Positions 41,224-56,600 of a stretch of DNA of 64,000 nucleotides are shown piece by piece. The first letter of the stretch is position 1, and the number at the start of each line of letters is the position of its first letter. Position numbers and translations under genes: made by a program. The notes beneath the pieces were generated by a model. It did no database searches. It was not told the DNA's origin and worked only from the letters and a program-made list of their open reading frames with translations. Source of the DNA: Eledone cirrhosa (Eukaryota); contig OZ024743.1 of the NCBI GenBank assembly GCA_964016885.1, forward strand, positions 204,538,001 to 204,602,000, given 5' to 3'.

Positions 41224-43876
41224 TACCAGCGTGCGATGGGTAGCCATGGGCACAAGAATGGGCCCGAACTATGCCAACCTTTTTGTTGGCCATGTTGAGG
41301 CCCAAATCTTTGCCCAGTACACCGGCCCCACGCCCGAACTGTACGGTCGTTACATTGACGACTGTATCGGAGCCACGACCCTCACCCGAGAACAGCTCGA
41401 CTCCTTTCTCTCCTTCTTCTGCTCCTTCCACCCCTCCCTCCACTTCACCACCTCTATCTCCACCACCCACGTCCACTTCTTAGACATCTCCGTCGCCTTC
41501 GACCCCTCCCACCACTCCCTCGTCACCTCCGCCTTCTTCAAACCCACCGACTCCCACTCTTACCTCGACTTCACCTCTTCCCACCCCACCCACACTAAAC
41601 TCTCCATTCCCTACTCCCAACTTCTCAGGATCCGCCGCCTCTGTAGCCGTGATGCTGACTTCGAGTCCCAGGCCCTTTCCCTAGTCAGCCATTTCATCCG
41701 CAGAGGTTCCCCCCCCCCCCCTCTCGTCTACACCGCTCTCACCCGCGCCCGTGCTATCCCCCGCTCCACCACCCTCACCCCACGCCACCGCACACCCACC
41801 CACCGTCTGTCCTTCCCCATCACCTACCACCCCTCCACCTTACCCCTCCACCGCCTCTTCCGACGCCTCCAGTCCGACCCCTCCACCTCCCACATCTTCC
41901 CAACCCCACCACTCCCCTCCTTCAAACGCGCACGCAATCTCCGCACCCTCCTCGTCCACAGCTCCCTACCCCCCAACCCACGCTCTGTTCCCCCCCGGTT
42001 CCTTCCCCTGTTCTAGGCCCCGCTGCAACACCTGTCCCCACATCACCAACACCACCACCTTCCAGGGTCCCAACGGCCACTCTCTCTCGGTCCGGCATGC
42101 CTTCCGCTGCACCTCCTCCAACCTAGTCGGACAGACGGGACGTCGCCTGGCGGACCGAGTCACGGAGCACCTCCGGGATATTCGTCTCGGGGGCAGTTCC
42201 CCAATCGCCCGCCACTTTGGTGGCCCTGGACACTCCGCACGCCATCTCACAGTCTGTGGCCTACTCCAGTGCCACGGAACACCCGCCCATCGCCTTACGG
42301 TCGAACAACGAACTATCTTCATCTTACAGACCCACACTCCCCCCGGCCTGAACTCCCCACCCTTATTCCTTTAGCGTTCGAGCGCCCCCCTCCCCCCACA
42401 CTTATCCCCCACTAACACCACTAACACACCCCTCCTTTTCACCGCCCACCCCACACTAACAATACTAACACCTCCACTCCACCCCTCATCTGACCACCCT
42501 TCCCCAACTAACATACTAACATCCCTTCCCTCCCCTCTTCTCCTCCTCCCCCCTCCTTATCACACGCACACACGCACCCACTTACACCACCCACCCCACA
42601 CGCAACTAACATCACTAACACCCCCAACCCCACGCACACGTACCCACACACCCTCGTACACCACCAACTCTACACACCCTACCACCACTAAACCCCACTC
42701 ACACCTGCATTCCACCCCTCCCCACCTCCCGTATACTAACACCCACTAACACCTCTTCACCAAACTACACACACACCAGTACACCACACTCCCTCCATAG
42801 AACCACACACACCCTTCTCTCCCCGCTCCACCCCCCCCCGCTCCACACTCACTCATCCCACTAACACCCCTACTAATACACAGACACACACACAAACACC
42901 CTCCTCACTCCAACTCTCACACCTACCCATCTTCGCCCCCCTACCATTCCACCGACTGCTGCTATGCCCTTCTGACCACCTCCCAGCACCAACAGACCAC
43001 AGCAATCCCACTGCTGACCTCTTCCTGTTGCGCGCGCACCCCACATCTCTCCTCTTCCGACCACCGCTTCATGGATTACCCACACGCAGAAATTGACTTA
43101 TAACCAAATCTCCAAACATCCTTGGAACTTACCAACTTTTCAACCATCCTCTTACGTCATCACCTATATAATTCACCCACACACACACCCCCCAAAAAAT
43201 GTTTTCTCCACACGCCACCCACACCCACAACACGCTTAAACCCCACACACACGTGCTTCCCACCACATATTTACACCCTCAGTCTCCTGATTCCTCTCCC
43301 CCGCACCCCCCTATCCACACACGCACAGACACTCCGACCCACAAAAACACCCCCCCACACACACCTCTTCATGAACATGCAACCCCGTTCTTCCCCCAAC
43401 CCTCACTTTCACATACACACACACACACACACACACACGCACAACTACACACACACACCACCTTCAGCCCTCCCCGCTCGGACACCCCGTCTCCCTCACC
43501 CCACTCCACCCGCCACCACCCCTACTCACCCACACCCTTCCACCACCTGTTTACCCCCCTTTTAATTTCAGTTTATTTTGATCATGCCTTTATTTTTAAA
43601 TTTTCTCATTCCTTGTATTTTGATCATGCTTTATTTTTATTTTTTATATTTTTTATCTTTATTTGTTAATTTTTCATTCGCACCGTTTCCTTTCGCTATA
43701 TGTCTCTCCACCACTCCCCTACACACCTTTTGAACTCTGTTCCCACACACTTCTCACCTGAGGAAGGGCTTATGCCCGAAACGTCGTCCCCCACCTACCC
43801 CCCACTCTCCTGAGCGTGAATTTAATAAACATTTATTGTACTGCCTCTCTGTTCTGTCCCTGTTCAAATTTTTCAT
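41224..43876 (+). mobile_element. Mirror PLE family D (HHR 43756..43787)
   Basis: ORFs 41231..42016+ and 41751..42374+ are identical to those in the left arm. Confidence 0.9.
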
Positions 43877-43982
43877 TATATACATATATATATATATAAT
43901 CACAAAAACTTTTAAAGTGTTAAAGGATGCAGTTTTTACGTGACCAAATATCTTAGACGTTAGTATATTTTTGGTATTATTA

Positions 43983-44663
43983 TAGAACATCCCACTCGAT
44001 TTTAGTGGAAAAAAATGTTTTCTCGCTTTTTTTTTCGTGTGTTATCAACTAATCTAACCTCCAAGATTCTGGCAATCAACTTTTTTTTCTTGGAGAAGGA
44101 GAGGGTGGGATACTTTCCCTAGCAGTTTTCTTTACGGATTTTTTTTGTCGCGTGTTATCAACACACATGATCCCCAAACCAGTTGGAAACGACTAGATAT
44201 GTAGAAAAAGGGGGAGTGAAAAGACCATCGGAGTTTCGCAGATATATACATCGTTTTATGGTTAGAGTTACGTTTAGAGTTAGGTTTATGGTTTCTGTTA
44301 TCTGGGGAAAAAAAGCCGATTCTAAGCATCGAAGAGGTCTAGAAAAAACAAAATAAAATAAAGAAAATTATTTTCCACCAAACGTGATAGGTGCGTAGAT
44401 CTGCGCAACTGCATGGTCTTTTCGCACCCTTTCACCTTACGTTTTCTACATATCTCGTTTCCGATTGGTTTGGATGTCCTACTCGTTGATAACAAAAAAA
44501 AAAAAAAAAAGTCGTAAGGAAAACTCCGTGGTGTGGGTGATACCCAACTCCTTCCATTCTTCGAAATGTCGATTGCCAGAATCTTGGAGGTTAGATTAGT
44601 TGATAGCACATGAAAAAACCGAGAAATGTTTTCCTCACTGAAAGCGAGTGGGGTGGCTTCTAT
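43983..44663. mobile_element. Mirror palindromic MITE
   Basis: Reverse complement of 10860..11540. Confidence 0.7.
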
Positions 44664-44822
44664 ACATTTACTATATCTTTTTTCTAGAAAAAGAAGTGTT
44701 GGTAGGTTTTCACACTTGCTAAATAACACTGACCAACAAAATTTTGCTTTTTTTCTGCTGACCTAAGTTTGACCCGTTCTTGAGTAATTTGGGGCCCTTA
44801 AGTTTAAAAATAACAATACTTT

Positions 44823-45571
44823 TTTCTATCACGCTGTAATGTGATGGGACTGTTACAAGCAATGTGTGCTCTACAGTATGATCCTCATGATTGGAGACTC
44901 TTTATAGATAGTTAAAATAAGAGTCTAAAATGTGTATTATTCCATAATGGAAAACTGTTAGGTGTAATTCCTATTGGTTGCTCTGTGCACTTAAAAGAGA
45001 AGCATGAAAACATAAAAACTGTATTAGATTTACTCAAATAAGACGTGTGTGAATCTGAAACTGGTCAACTATTTAGTTGCTCAACAAGGAGGGTATACAA
45101 AATATCCGTGTTTCCAGTGTTTATGGGATAGCTGAGTGAAAGATAAACTTTGGGAACAGAAGCACTGGTCAGTTAGAAATAAAGTTTGACTGCTGGAGAG
45201 AAGAATATCTATCATACACCAACAACTCGGTGGGCAAGAGAAAATCATCTTCCCTCTCCTTCATATTAAACTAGGACTAATGAAGCAGTTTTTTCAAAGC
45301 ACTTAATGTGGAGGGTGACTGTTTCCAATTTATATGTACAACATAGATTATTGTCATGTTTCAGGAAAATAATTTGTTTGTGGTAAGAACCGGGTAAACA
45401 TATTTGTCATAATTAAATTAATTATAATTTAATTTCTAAAAACTTGTATTTTTTCATGTCATTATACTTATGAAGAAGCAAATTTTCTAGATCAATAAGG
45501 CAATCAAAAAATCCTACCTGCATCGATAATTTCATTTTGAAAAATATATTTATTAATCACTCATATTAGTG
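44823..45571 (+). pseudogene. Mirror decayed Chapaev3-like transposase
   Basis: WRLFIDS and LHIKLGLMKQF motifs on the + strand. Confidence 0.7.
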
Positions 45572-46083
45572 CCAGGTAGCCAGGATCTAGGGAAAGCAAT
45601 GGGAATTGGGAGCGATAATTCAAATTTTCAAAGGAGACAATAGAGAGTGCTCTAATTATAGAGGAATCTCCTTGTTTATCCTCCCTGGTAAAGTCTATGA
45701 TACTTGTCTGGCAAAGAGATGTAAGGAAATTGTGGGAGTATTGCTGAGGTGTATGTTTGTTTATAATGTTCATGAACAGGATTGTAAATTTTTTACATAG
45801 ATCTATATGATATACATACCAACACACAAATATATATTCTAGAAACGATCGTAAAATTATGAATTTTTTAATATAAGGAACTGTTTCTTTGTTTTTATTC
45901 ATTGTTTTTATTAATTTATCTTGACTCTGTTTTCCTGTGATTTTCATCGAAAGAATTTTGAATACATCTTTTCTTTTCATGATATTTGGATTACATTGAG
46001 TTCTTCATACGGTTTAGACATTACCGTATATATTGGTAGATTTATCTACACACACACATATATATATATACATATATATATAC

Positions 46084-46132
<49 letters not shown>

Positions 46133-46157
46133 CATATATACATATATATATATATAC

Positions 46158-46248
<91 letters not shown>

Positions 46249-46365
46249 TATATATATGTATATATATATATACATATATGTATATATATATATATACATA
46301 TATGTATATATATATATATATATATAGTTAAAAGAATAGAGGTGTAACACACAAGTTATTATATA

Positions 46366-46823
46366 TTGGTAAACGGAATAGAAAATGCTGACAAATTGTT
46401 CACAGTTGAAAAATGGTTTAATTAGGAATAAAAGAGTATTAGTGATTGTATGGGTTAGTATTCGGTTGTGGTTTTAAGTTTTTAAGTTTTTACCGGTTGC
46501 GCATTTCTAAATGCTTTTCAAAAATAATTTTGAGATAGAGTGTCCGTGCTGTTTGCTCTGATCTGATTAGTTTTGGGAATTCTACCTGTTTTTATGTTAA
46601 AAAAATTGGCTCCAGCGTTATTTTTGTGTTGCAAAAATGCTTGTGGTCAAAACAATTTTGATTGGTCGGTAGAGGTCATGTGGATAAAAAATTGGTTTTG
46701 CGCCAAGATTGAGAAATGACTCTTTCACAACAAATATGTGTGTGTGTGTGTGTGTGTGTGTAGTAAGGTATTCGATGCTGCGACAATAGCCAGCAGCGAT
46801 GTGTGTCAAATGGCTATTAAGAT

Positions 46824-46922
<99 letters not shown>

Positions 46923-47221
46923 CAGCAGAGTCATTCGAAGGTCAAAGGATATTTTTCAGCTTTTGTCTTATACGGAGAAGTGCGTGTGTGTGTGTGTGTG
47001 TGTATAAGTCTCTTTGTATGTTGATGTACGCGTGTGTTTGTGTATATATGTGTGGGGGGGGGGGGACCAGTATTTTTCCCCCTGGTAAAATCGTGTACAT
47101 TATTCGATTTTTTCAGTAAAATCGGTTCTCTTAATAGAACATCAAAAATCTTAACAATAAAAGGTGTGAAATGATATTCACTATATATACACACACACAC
47201 ACACACACATATATTCACTAC

Positions 47222-47254
<33 letters not shown>

Positions 47255-48949
47255 TACATATATATGCACATATATCTTTTTGTATTGCACCATAGAGCAT
47301 GTGTGTTTACGTGTGTCATTGTGTTTATGTGGGTAGAGATGTGTGCTGATGTAGGTATGTATGTTGACGTGTGTATGTTGTGGGTGCGTCTTAGGGAGAA
47401 GTGTTTAGACGGGGTCCGTATTTGTTAATGAAGTAAGATTCCTTGCTGATGCGCTGGGTGTGGGTGGCATTATCTTTAAATTTGTAGAGGGAAAAGATTC
47501 TGAAGTTGGGATGATTTTGGGCGGCACAGGTATCAATGTGTTCACTCAGTGGTATTTTCCTGTATTCCCGTATTTTAATTTGGGATCTATGGACAGTCAT
47601 GCGTTGGCGGAGGCTGTTTTTGGTCTGGCCTATGTATTGTTCTCGACAACCTGAGCAAGTTAATACATATATTAGATTTTCCGATGCACATGTGAAATTG
47701 TGTTTTATTATAAAAAGTTGTCCATCTTTGAAATAGAATTCCGAACCCTCTATTAGGTTGATGCAAATACCACAGTTGGGTCTATCGCATTTTTTTACTG
47801 TGGGTTTCGTTGTTGTGGTTGGCAGTACTTTGGCATGTGTTAGGATGTTTTTCATTGACTTGGATTGTCTTTTGCTCTTTATGATATCGTGTGTTCGTAG
47901 AATTTGGTTCATTCTATGGTCCTTTTTCAACACAGGGATGTTCTGGAGGATGGTGTCAAAGGCCTCATTGTTGAGGGGGTTGTGTGTGGAGATGTATGGA
48001 AGAGCTTTTAGTTTCGGTTGATTTACTTTAGGGTGTCTAAGGTCCTGGGTACTGAGTTTTAGGGCACGTTGGATTCCATTGTCAATTAGTGATGCAGGGT
48101 AGTCCCTGCCTATGAGTGTGTCCTTTAGTTCTTGTAGCCGTAAGTAGCAGATGTTTTTATTGGAGAGTATAGTACAGATGCTCTTGGCTAAGTTGTAGGG
48201 AATATTAATTTTAACGTGTCTAGGGTGCCAAGAGTTGAAGGGGAGATATTGCTTGGAGTCTGTGGGCTTGTAGTATATGTCTGTTTCTATTTTTTTGTTA
48301 TGGATCTTAATGAGGATGTCGAGGAAGGGGAGTTGTTGATGGCTGTATTCCATCGTGAAGTTAATATTCGTGTTGAGCCCATTTATAAGGGTGTGAAATT
48401 CTTTAAGTTGTTCGATGTTTTCGTGCCAAAGGATGAAGCAGTCATCTAGATATCGCTTCCAGTTCCTTTCAATGTGTAAGTGGAGGGTGTTTCCAAATTT
48501 GTTTAGGACTTTAATGTAGAGGGTGATTTCCAGGTATCCCATGACTAGGTTGGCATAAGTGGGGGCTGTTTTCGTTCCCATAGCGGTCCCAGATTTCTGC
48601 CTGTAGGGTTTGTTATTGAAAACGAAGTAATTGTTCTCCAAGATAAATTTGAGTCCCTCTATCACGAATTCTTTTTTGATGCGTTGTGGTAGTTCATTGT
48701 GGAAATTATCCATCCAGAATTAAAAACAGGTGGAATTCCCAAAACTAATCAGATCAGAGCAAACAACACGGACACTCTATCTCAAAATTATTTTTGAAAA
48801 GCATTTAGAAATGCGCAACCGGTAAAAACTTAAAAACTTAAAACCACAACTGAATACTAACCCATACAATCACTAATACTCTTTTATTCCTAATTAAACC
48901 ATTTTTCAACTGTGAACAATTTGTCAGCATTTTCTATTCCGTTTACCAA
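46366..48949 (-). mobile_element. Mirror PLE family C
   Basis: Reverse complement of 6550..9157. Confidence 0.9.
47391..48713 (-). CDS. PLE RT + GIY-YIG, 440 aa (mirror)
   Basis: Protein identical to 6786..8108. Confidence 0.92.
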   Translation of the reverse strand: MDNFHNELPQRIKKEFVIEGLKFILENNYFVFNNKPYRQKSGTAMGTKTAPTYANLVMGYLEITLYIKVLNKFGNTLHLHIERNWKRYLDDCFILWHENIEQLKEFHTLINGLNTNINFTMEYSHQQLPFLDILIKIHNKKIETDIYYKPTDSKQYLPFNSWHPRHVKINIPYNLAKSICTILSNKNICYLRLQELKDTLIGRDYPASLIDNGIQRALKLSTQDLRHPKVNQPKLKALPYISTHNPLNNEAFDTILQNIPVLKKDHRMNQILRTHDIIKSKRQSKSMKNILTHAKVLPTTTTKPTVKKCDRPNCGICINLIEGSEFYFKDGQLFIIKHNFTCASENLIYVLTCSGCREQYIGQTKNSLRQRMTVHRSQIKIREYRKIPLSEHIDTCAAQNHPNFRIFSLYKFKDNATHTQRISKESYFINKYGPRLNTSP

Positions 48950-48957
48950 AATATATG

Positions 48958-49009
<52 letters not shown>

Positions 49010-49059
49010 TATTAGTGAAAAAGAACAAAGGAACTATTATGACATTATAACAAGTTTAT

Positions 49060-49106
49060 TGCCGACAGCCGTTTCGTCCGACCCCATGGTGGGACTTATC
49101 AAGGCA
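49060..49106 (-). ncRNA. Mirror U3-A8 HHR
   Basis: Reverse complement of 6393..6439. Confidence 0.8.
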
Positions 49107-51188
49107 TATAACATGTGATTGCAAGATCATTGTTTACATCAACGTATCACTCAAGGCTAGCAGTTTGAAATTGTTGTATACATCAGCAACTCCGCTTTAA
49201 GGGGGGCTCTTTTATATTAGTTGTCGGGGTCAGGGATTGAAGTTTAAAAATTAGACAAAAATATATAATTCACGCATCAACATTAAACCAAGAGACTTGG
49301 GGTCCCGTAGAAGCACCTCAGAAAATCCCTCAATGAGTGCATAAAGCTTACAGGCTCCAATACACCTATTAGTCTAGAAGAAAATTAAGAGGCTAATAAA
49401 ATAAGAAAATAAAAATATAAAGTTTCCCTAAAGAATATATAGAGTTCCTATGAAATTTCTTCTAGAGAAAAAAATGTTTTCCCAAAGAAAAAAACCTTCT
49501 TCTCCCGAGATCACGTTTACAAAATTCAGAAAACTGAATTGAAAACTAGGTTGAAAGAAACTAATCAATTAGAGGTTAATTCAGAGAGCCTTCCATAAAT
49601 CTCTCAGAAAAGGCCCCTTTACTATTTCCAATAGGAACTTCCTCCGAGAGACCCTTCGAAGAATTAAAATTTTAGAGAGCCCTTGAGGATAAATATAAAA
49701 ACGAATTGAGGAAAACTATACATTAAAAGTTAAAAATTATGGTATTTGGGATATCCGAGGAATTTTCAAAGGGCTGCTTCAACAGATACAACTTAGGCAT
49801 AATAGGTACAATAATCTAAGCAATTTAAGCAATTTAATTAGGGAGCAATTCAAGGAGTTTATCAAGTTGGGCAAGATTAAAGAAAGTGGCAACTAAGAAA
49901 ATACATAAGCAAAAAGACAATAATCATAAAATGTATCCTCAAGAAGGTACAAGGTAGCTTCCGTGATCTAACCCTGTATTATCACAAAAAAACATTCTAA
50001 AATTATTGATACAGGATTAAAAATTATTACAAAATCATTACAAAATTACCACAAAATCATTACAAAATTATCAAATCATCACAAAATTACCACAAAATCA
50101 TTACAAAACTATCAAATTATCATAAAATTATCGCAAAATTATTACAAAATTATCATAAAATTATTGCAAAAATATAACAGGATGAACATTACTGGTAACC
50201 GTGTGGGCGCGATATCCATTCTGCCTATGCAGTCCCCTGCACAGCTCCAGGCACGATATCCACTAGGCGTAAGCAGTCATCTGCATAGCTCCAGGCGCAG
50301 CTGGTCTTGTTTAAACGTTCGTAGATCACCTGGGGTTCACTATTATCTGCGTGGACTCTCTGGGAGATGTACCTGTGGATCTAATAGCCAGTGGTTGCCG
50401 GATGTGGTCCGTTCGATCCTTTAGTTTCAGGGGTTGAACGCTTTCGCGATAGACGAGCCTGCTGGTTCTAAGTCCAAGGTTTCGCCACGCATGATGTATT
50501 GGTCCACATGCTATATCGTTAAAAAACCAGTGTGGACTTGACTGGGGTGGTATATTACGAACTCCAAGTCCACACGCGACTGGTCAAAATCGAAGGGCTG
50601 TCCTCTCTTTGTTTGCTGTATGGGTCGTTCTCAGCTTAGATGGTGGTCGTGCTATCCATATTCCGTCAGCCCTGTATATTCAAGACAGATCAGGGTATTT
50701 ATTTGCGGGTATGGTCCTGCGTCTACGTTATCCAGAGGGTCTCGCTTGTGGTATTTTCAAGTTCGCATGTCATCTCCCGGTTACGACTGCGCATGCTTCG
50801 GTGAATCTCAAGCATGGAATCTTAGGGTATCATATTACACGGGGTGACCAGCAGAAAATATACATTCTATGCTGTCGCGCACGCGCTGGCCTGTGGCTAC
50901 GACCGTGTCCAGTCTCGAGTAGTAGCAGACAGCAGGTAGACCAGCTATACACACCCCTGATCAAGGGGCACAACCCCTAACTTATCGAGTGGTCAGACTT
51001 CAAGGGAGTCAACTCTCCAAGCCCATTATGTCAACCGTGGTGAAATACAAAAAAAAATTCCTATTAGTAAAGAACTAATCACTGATAATAAAGAACCAGC
51101 TCAAAAGAATAGGAAGTTAGATAAGAACAGCAACACTCGCAACGCAGACACGGACAGGGCCCGCCCGCCTGGTAAGCGCTATGCCGCC

Positions 51189-53471
51189 CCGAAAACGACC
51201 TTTACTACCCATACAGGAAACCTAATGACAATCTGCACTACATCCACCGCCGATCAAACCATCCTAGGAACATCACAAACAACCTGGTCAAAAACATCTC
51301 CCTCCGCATATCCCGTTTGTCAGCTAATGAGTGGATATTCGATGAACATGCGCCTTATTACAACCAGGCCCTCAAGCGGAGTGGTTTCCGGGAGGAAATA
51401 TCCTACTGTCCAGCTCCCATTAGCGGAACCAGCAGGAGACACCGCCGCTCACGCAATGTAACATGGTTCAATCCTCCCCACAACGCAGAGGTGACAACTC
51501 CCATCGGGAAACTATTCTTTAGGCTCATTGAAAAACACTTCCCATTACAACACCGCTACCACAACATAATTAACAAAAATACCATCAAACTCTCTTACAG
51601 CACTACACCAAACTTCGCACAAAACATCGTCTCCTCTAACAATAAAAAACTCAACCCCGATGGCAGAAATAACCTAAATAGCAGTGGAGAACCGACCAGG
51701 AGGTGTAACTGCCCGGATAGATCTATTTGCCCACTCGACAATAGATGCAGAGACCGTAATGTGATCTACCAGTGCAACGTGAGGACGGATACCTCCAACA
51801 AAGCCTATATAGGACTTACCGCATGTGACTTCAAGACCCGGCTATACCAACATAGATATACCTCCGAAACCCGGCCCGGCGTCACGCCACTACACTTTCG
51901 GGCCACATATGGGACCTCAAGGACAACAACATCACCTATGATCTCACTTGGAGATTACTGTCCAGAGCCAATTCTTACACGGGAGGACGCCGTCCGTGCA
52001 ATTTATGCTCGGAGGAAACTTTACAAATGCTGTTTTCGACGGACCAACTCCTAAACAAGAAAGATGAACTGGTTACTGCATGTAAACATAGATTGCGTAG
52101 GACTTACCTCGCCCTCAAACCCCATAATGACCCGGGGGGGGTAGACTAGGGCTATAACACCCCACTTGCCGATTTTGCAATGGGTAACCCCTGCTTGCCA
52201 AGGGAGACGTAAGATCTTCTTTGTATTCTTTTATCGCTTCCTTTATTTCCTTCCTTCCCCCCTCTCTCTTTAGTCCTTCTACCCCAGCTCTTCTCCTTTG
52301 TCGGCGTCTTTTCTCGCCCACCCGAGGCTGCCCTTTGGCCCCTTGTAGCCTTAGTACCCCCACCCCCTCCCCTAGTCTAGGATAGATTTGGCGGACTCCG
52401 CCCTTTATAGCAGTTGGTTTAGACCCCGGATACTTGTCCCCTTTTTCCGACCGCTCCCACTATTCTCTGTGCCCTCTATATTTCTTAGTGGCAGTTATGC
52501 CTTATTTTTTCGTTTCAGTATTTCTTTCTTCGCTTTTCTTTGGGGGGGGGGGATTCTGAATTTATTCTTCCGTATTCTACCTTTACTTCGTACAAACTTT
52601 CATGTAGCTTGTTTTAGATCTTTTAGAGTTAGCATTAGTATATTTTTTTCTCGGGACTCAGAATTATTATCTCGTATTAGTTGACTTTGCTGCACTGGGT
52701 GGTTGCTGGAATTGTGCCCGGGATGGAAACCTTTATTGTTTATTTCGTGGTAGTCTCTTTAGTATTTTGGCCCCTTTTGTTGACCCGTCACCGTATCATT
52801 TACGTACTTATACCTCTTAAAAGGGTCCTCGCCTATACCGTCCCACCTAGTTCTTTTACTTATTTCGTTATTTCTTTATTTCTTTCTTTACTTCTTTCTT
52901 TCTTTCTTTATTTATTTATTTATTCTAGACTAACAATAGCTAGAGACCTAGGTCGTAGAATTTAATTTACTTTACTTTTTTCTTTACACTCATTTGTTTT
53001 TCTTTACACTTATTTGCTTTTCTTCACTCTCAGTATTTTTTCTTTCCTATATATTTCTACCCCCCATTGTTCTACCTACCGTTCCGACTTCCTCCCCCTC
53101 CCCCTCCCCTGTATCTTCTTTGACCTCATGCCCAGCTGTAGCTGGCACTACCAACGCTTGATTGGGGCTACTCCACCCCCTCCCCTCTTTCTCCTACTGG
53201 CAGGTTTAGCCACCATCTCCCCTACTAATTTGCAACCACAGAATTACTACTGATTTTTGACAATCACTTTGACCATATATGGAATTACCCCTTGAGAAGA
53301 TCGGCTATTTAAATACCAGGATAAATTTTCATTTAGTCCAGAATTAGCCGTCGAAACGGCTTGAGCTCAGCTGTCGGGGTCTTACTGGTTCCTATTACCC
53401 ACTCTACTACCTCAAGTATTGAGTACTTTGGTGCGTTATGGTCCACCTGGTTCCTTACCACATTTCCTTCG

Positions 53472-53473
<2 letters not shown>
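51189..53473 (+). mobile_element. Mirror PLE family E (HHR 53287..53380)
   Basis: ORF 51317..52054+ is identical to the left-arm copy. Confidence 0.88.
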
Positions 53474-53545
<72 letters not shown>

Positions 53546-53616
53546 ATATATATATATATACATATATAATATATATATATACATATATATATATACACAT
53601 ATATATATACATATAT

Positions 53617-56600
53617 CAAGAATCATTAAACTCAGACTAGTCCTGAATAAGACAATTACCACAATAATATCAGCTTACGCACCCCAATCGGGGCTGCCAG
53701 ACGAACTTAAGGATAGGTTTTACGAGTCCCTAATACACACTACTGCTCTAACAGACGTCAAGGACTTCCTAATCATTGCAGGAGATTTTAACGGACACGT
53801 AGGTAAACACTGCGACGGCTTCAATAGAGTACATGGAGGCCATGGAGTTGGCACAAGGAATGAGGAAGGATTCAGACTTCTAGAATTCTGCGACGCCAAT
53901 GACATGTCGATATGTAACACAAACTTTAAAAAACCCGACAACCACCTGATCACCTATAGATCAGGGGAGCACTCTAGTCAGTTAGATTTTATCCTCATCA
54001 GAGGACGTGACAGATGGACGGTCGTAAACACAAAAGCCTTCCCTAGTGAGGAATGTACATCCCAACATAGCTTAGTTGTCAGCGACCTCACGGTCAGAAC
54101 TAGACGAGCCCTGAAACAGAGGCCAACCTGGAGAAGAAAGATCTGGAAGCTGAAAGTCCCCTCAACCAGTAACAGATTTAAAGATATTTTACTCAACGCC
54201 TACGACAGTAAAGAAGAACAGATAGAGACATTTAACGTAGAAGAGAACTGGGAGTTCCTAAAAAATAACTTACTAGAGGCGACGGATGAGGTTTGTGGCT
54301 GGAGTAAGACCTCAAGCAGGAGGAGAGTGACTTGGTGGTGGAACAATAAGGTAGATGAAGCAGTCAAGGCCAAGAGACAGGCATGGAAAGAATGGAAGAA
54401 CGGGGGGAGCAGGGTACATTACATAGAGACCAAGAGGGAAGCTAGGCGACAAGTATACTTAGCTAGGAGGGAAGCAGAGGATAGAAAATTCAAGCATGTT
54501 TTACAACGTGAGGACCAGAAACAGGAGGTATTCAAGATTGCGAGGCAGTGTGTCAGAGATAGTTGTGATGTCATTGGAGAGAAGTGTATCCGGAATGATA
54601 AAGGTGAGCTTGCCCTCACAAGTGCTGAGAAGAAAGATGCATGGAAGAGTCATTATGATAGATTACTAAATGAGGAGAATGCATGGGAAGAAGAGACCCT
54701 ACCCCAGGTAGACCCTATAGAGGGACCAGCAGTACAAGTCAGCGGCAGCGTAGTAAGTAAGGCAATCAGAGATATGAAGATGGGGAAGGCAACCGGTCCA
54801 TCGGGTATAGCTGCCGAGATGCTGAAGGCATCTGGGTCTGTAGGTCACACTATAACCACACGTATCGTTAACCAGGTAATACTAGAAGGGTCCATACCAA
54901 AAGATTGGTGCAGTAGCATCATTGTCAACTGCTACAAAGGTAAAGGCGATGCACTAGATAGAGGAAACTATAGAGGTATAAAGTTGATGGACCAGGTCAT
55001 GAAAGTAACAGAAAGAGTTATAGCACAGCTGATTAGGGACCGGGTGAATATAGACGAGATGCAATTTGGGTTTGTACCAGGGAGAGGCACCACTGATGCC
55101 CTCTTCCTTGTGAGGCAATTACAGGAAAAGTACCTAGCTAAAAGTAAGCCACTCTACTTGGCATTTGTCGACCTTGAGAAAGCCTTTGACAGAGTTCCAC
55201 GTGCAGTAATCTGGTGGGCTCTTAGAAAACTAGGAGTAGATGAATGGCTTGTGAAAGCGGTACAAGCCATGTATAGGGGAGCAGTCAGCAAAGTTAGGAT
55301 TAGCAATGAGTATAGCGAGGAATTTAGCGTACAGGTTGGGGTCCACCAGGGCTCTGTTCTTAGCCCTCTCCTGTTCATCATAGTCCTGCAGGCAATAACG
55401 GAGGAGTTTAAGACCGGATGCCCATGGGAACTCCTGTATGCTGATGACCTCGCACTCATAGCTGAATCTATGGTAGAACTAGAGAATAAATTCCAAACCT
55501 GGAAGCACTGACTAGAGAGAAAGGGCCTTAAAGTCAACATGACAAAGACTAAGGTCCTTGTAAGTAGACGAGAAAACAGAACCCAGATCCCCTCAGGGAA
55601 ATGGCCTTGCTCAGTATGTAGGAAAGGTGTAGGTAGGAACTCCATTCTCTGCCCCAAATGCAAACAATGGGTACACAAGAGATGTAGCGGGATCTCAGGA
55701 AGCTTAATTAAGAATGTAGGATTCACATGCAGCAGCTGTGCTGAAACAGCAAGCAAACAGCCACAGGAAACAAGTACCACCAATCTCTGGGAGGGCCCTG
55801 TAGAAACAGTAGACAGCTTCTGCTACCTAGGTGACCGAATTAGCAACGGAGGTGGGTGCTCAGAAAGTACAATAACTAGGGTAAGAACGGGATGGAAGAA
55901 GTTTAGGGAACTACTACCACTGCTAGCTGCAAAAGGCTTCTCCCTCAGAATGAAAGGCAGACTGTATGATGCGTGTATCCGAACAGCGATGTTGCATGGT
56001 AGTGAGACCTGGGCGCTGAAGGTGGAAGACTTACGTAGATTAGAGAGAAACGAAGCCTGCATGCTCCGATGGATGTGTAACAGTAATATACGTGAACGAC
56101 AAAGCATAAAGGAATTGAGAGAGAGACTGAGCATAAGAGGAATCAAATGCTGCGTGCAGGAGAGGCGGTTACGCTGGTATGGACATGTGATGCGTATGAA
56201 GGATGACAGCTGCATAAAAAGGTGCAGAGCACTAGAAGTTGATGGAAACCGCGGAGTGGGGAGACCCAAGATGACTTGGGATGAGGTGATAAAAGCCGAC
56301 CTTACCCAACTACACCTCTCAAAGACAATGACACACGACCGTGACTTCTGGCGTCACGCAGTAATACAGGGTACCCGACCTCCCATGGGTGCATGCTGAA
56401 GCATATAAACAATATGCCCCCACTCCCCCCACCGCAAGGTGGTCGTGGAGGTGCCACGGCAAAAAAGCACCCAGCCCACACTGTAAAGTGGACGTGTAGG
56501 CGCCACGAAAAAGCACCCAGCACTCACTGTAAATGAGGTTGGTGTTAGGAAGGGCATGCAGCTGTAGAAATCAAGCCAGATCAGTTCCTGTATGAGCAAG

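Noticed and set aside
53361-53616. N-terminal extension of the 716-aa ORF, suggesting a PLE-RTE fusion protein
   Set aside because: Chance read-through of a PLE 3' UTR and (TA)n into the truncated RTE frame. The mirror arm has a different repeat length and loses the frame.
55509-55511. In-frame TGA as selenocysteine or programmed read-through
   Set aside because: It lies at a non-Cys position of an RTE RT, I see no SECIS, and a nonsense mutation is simpler. The PLE stops are TAG at Ser and Gln codons.
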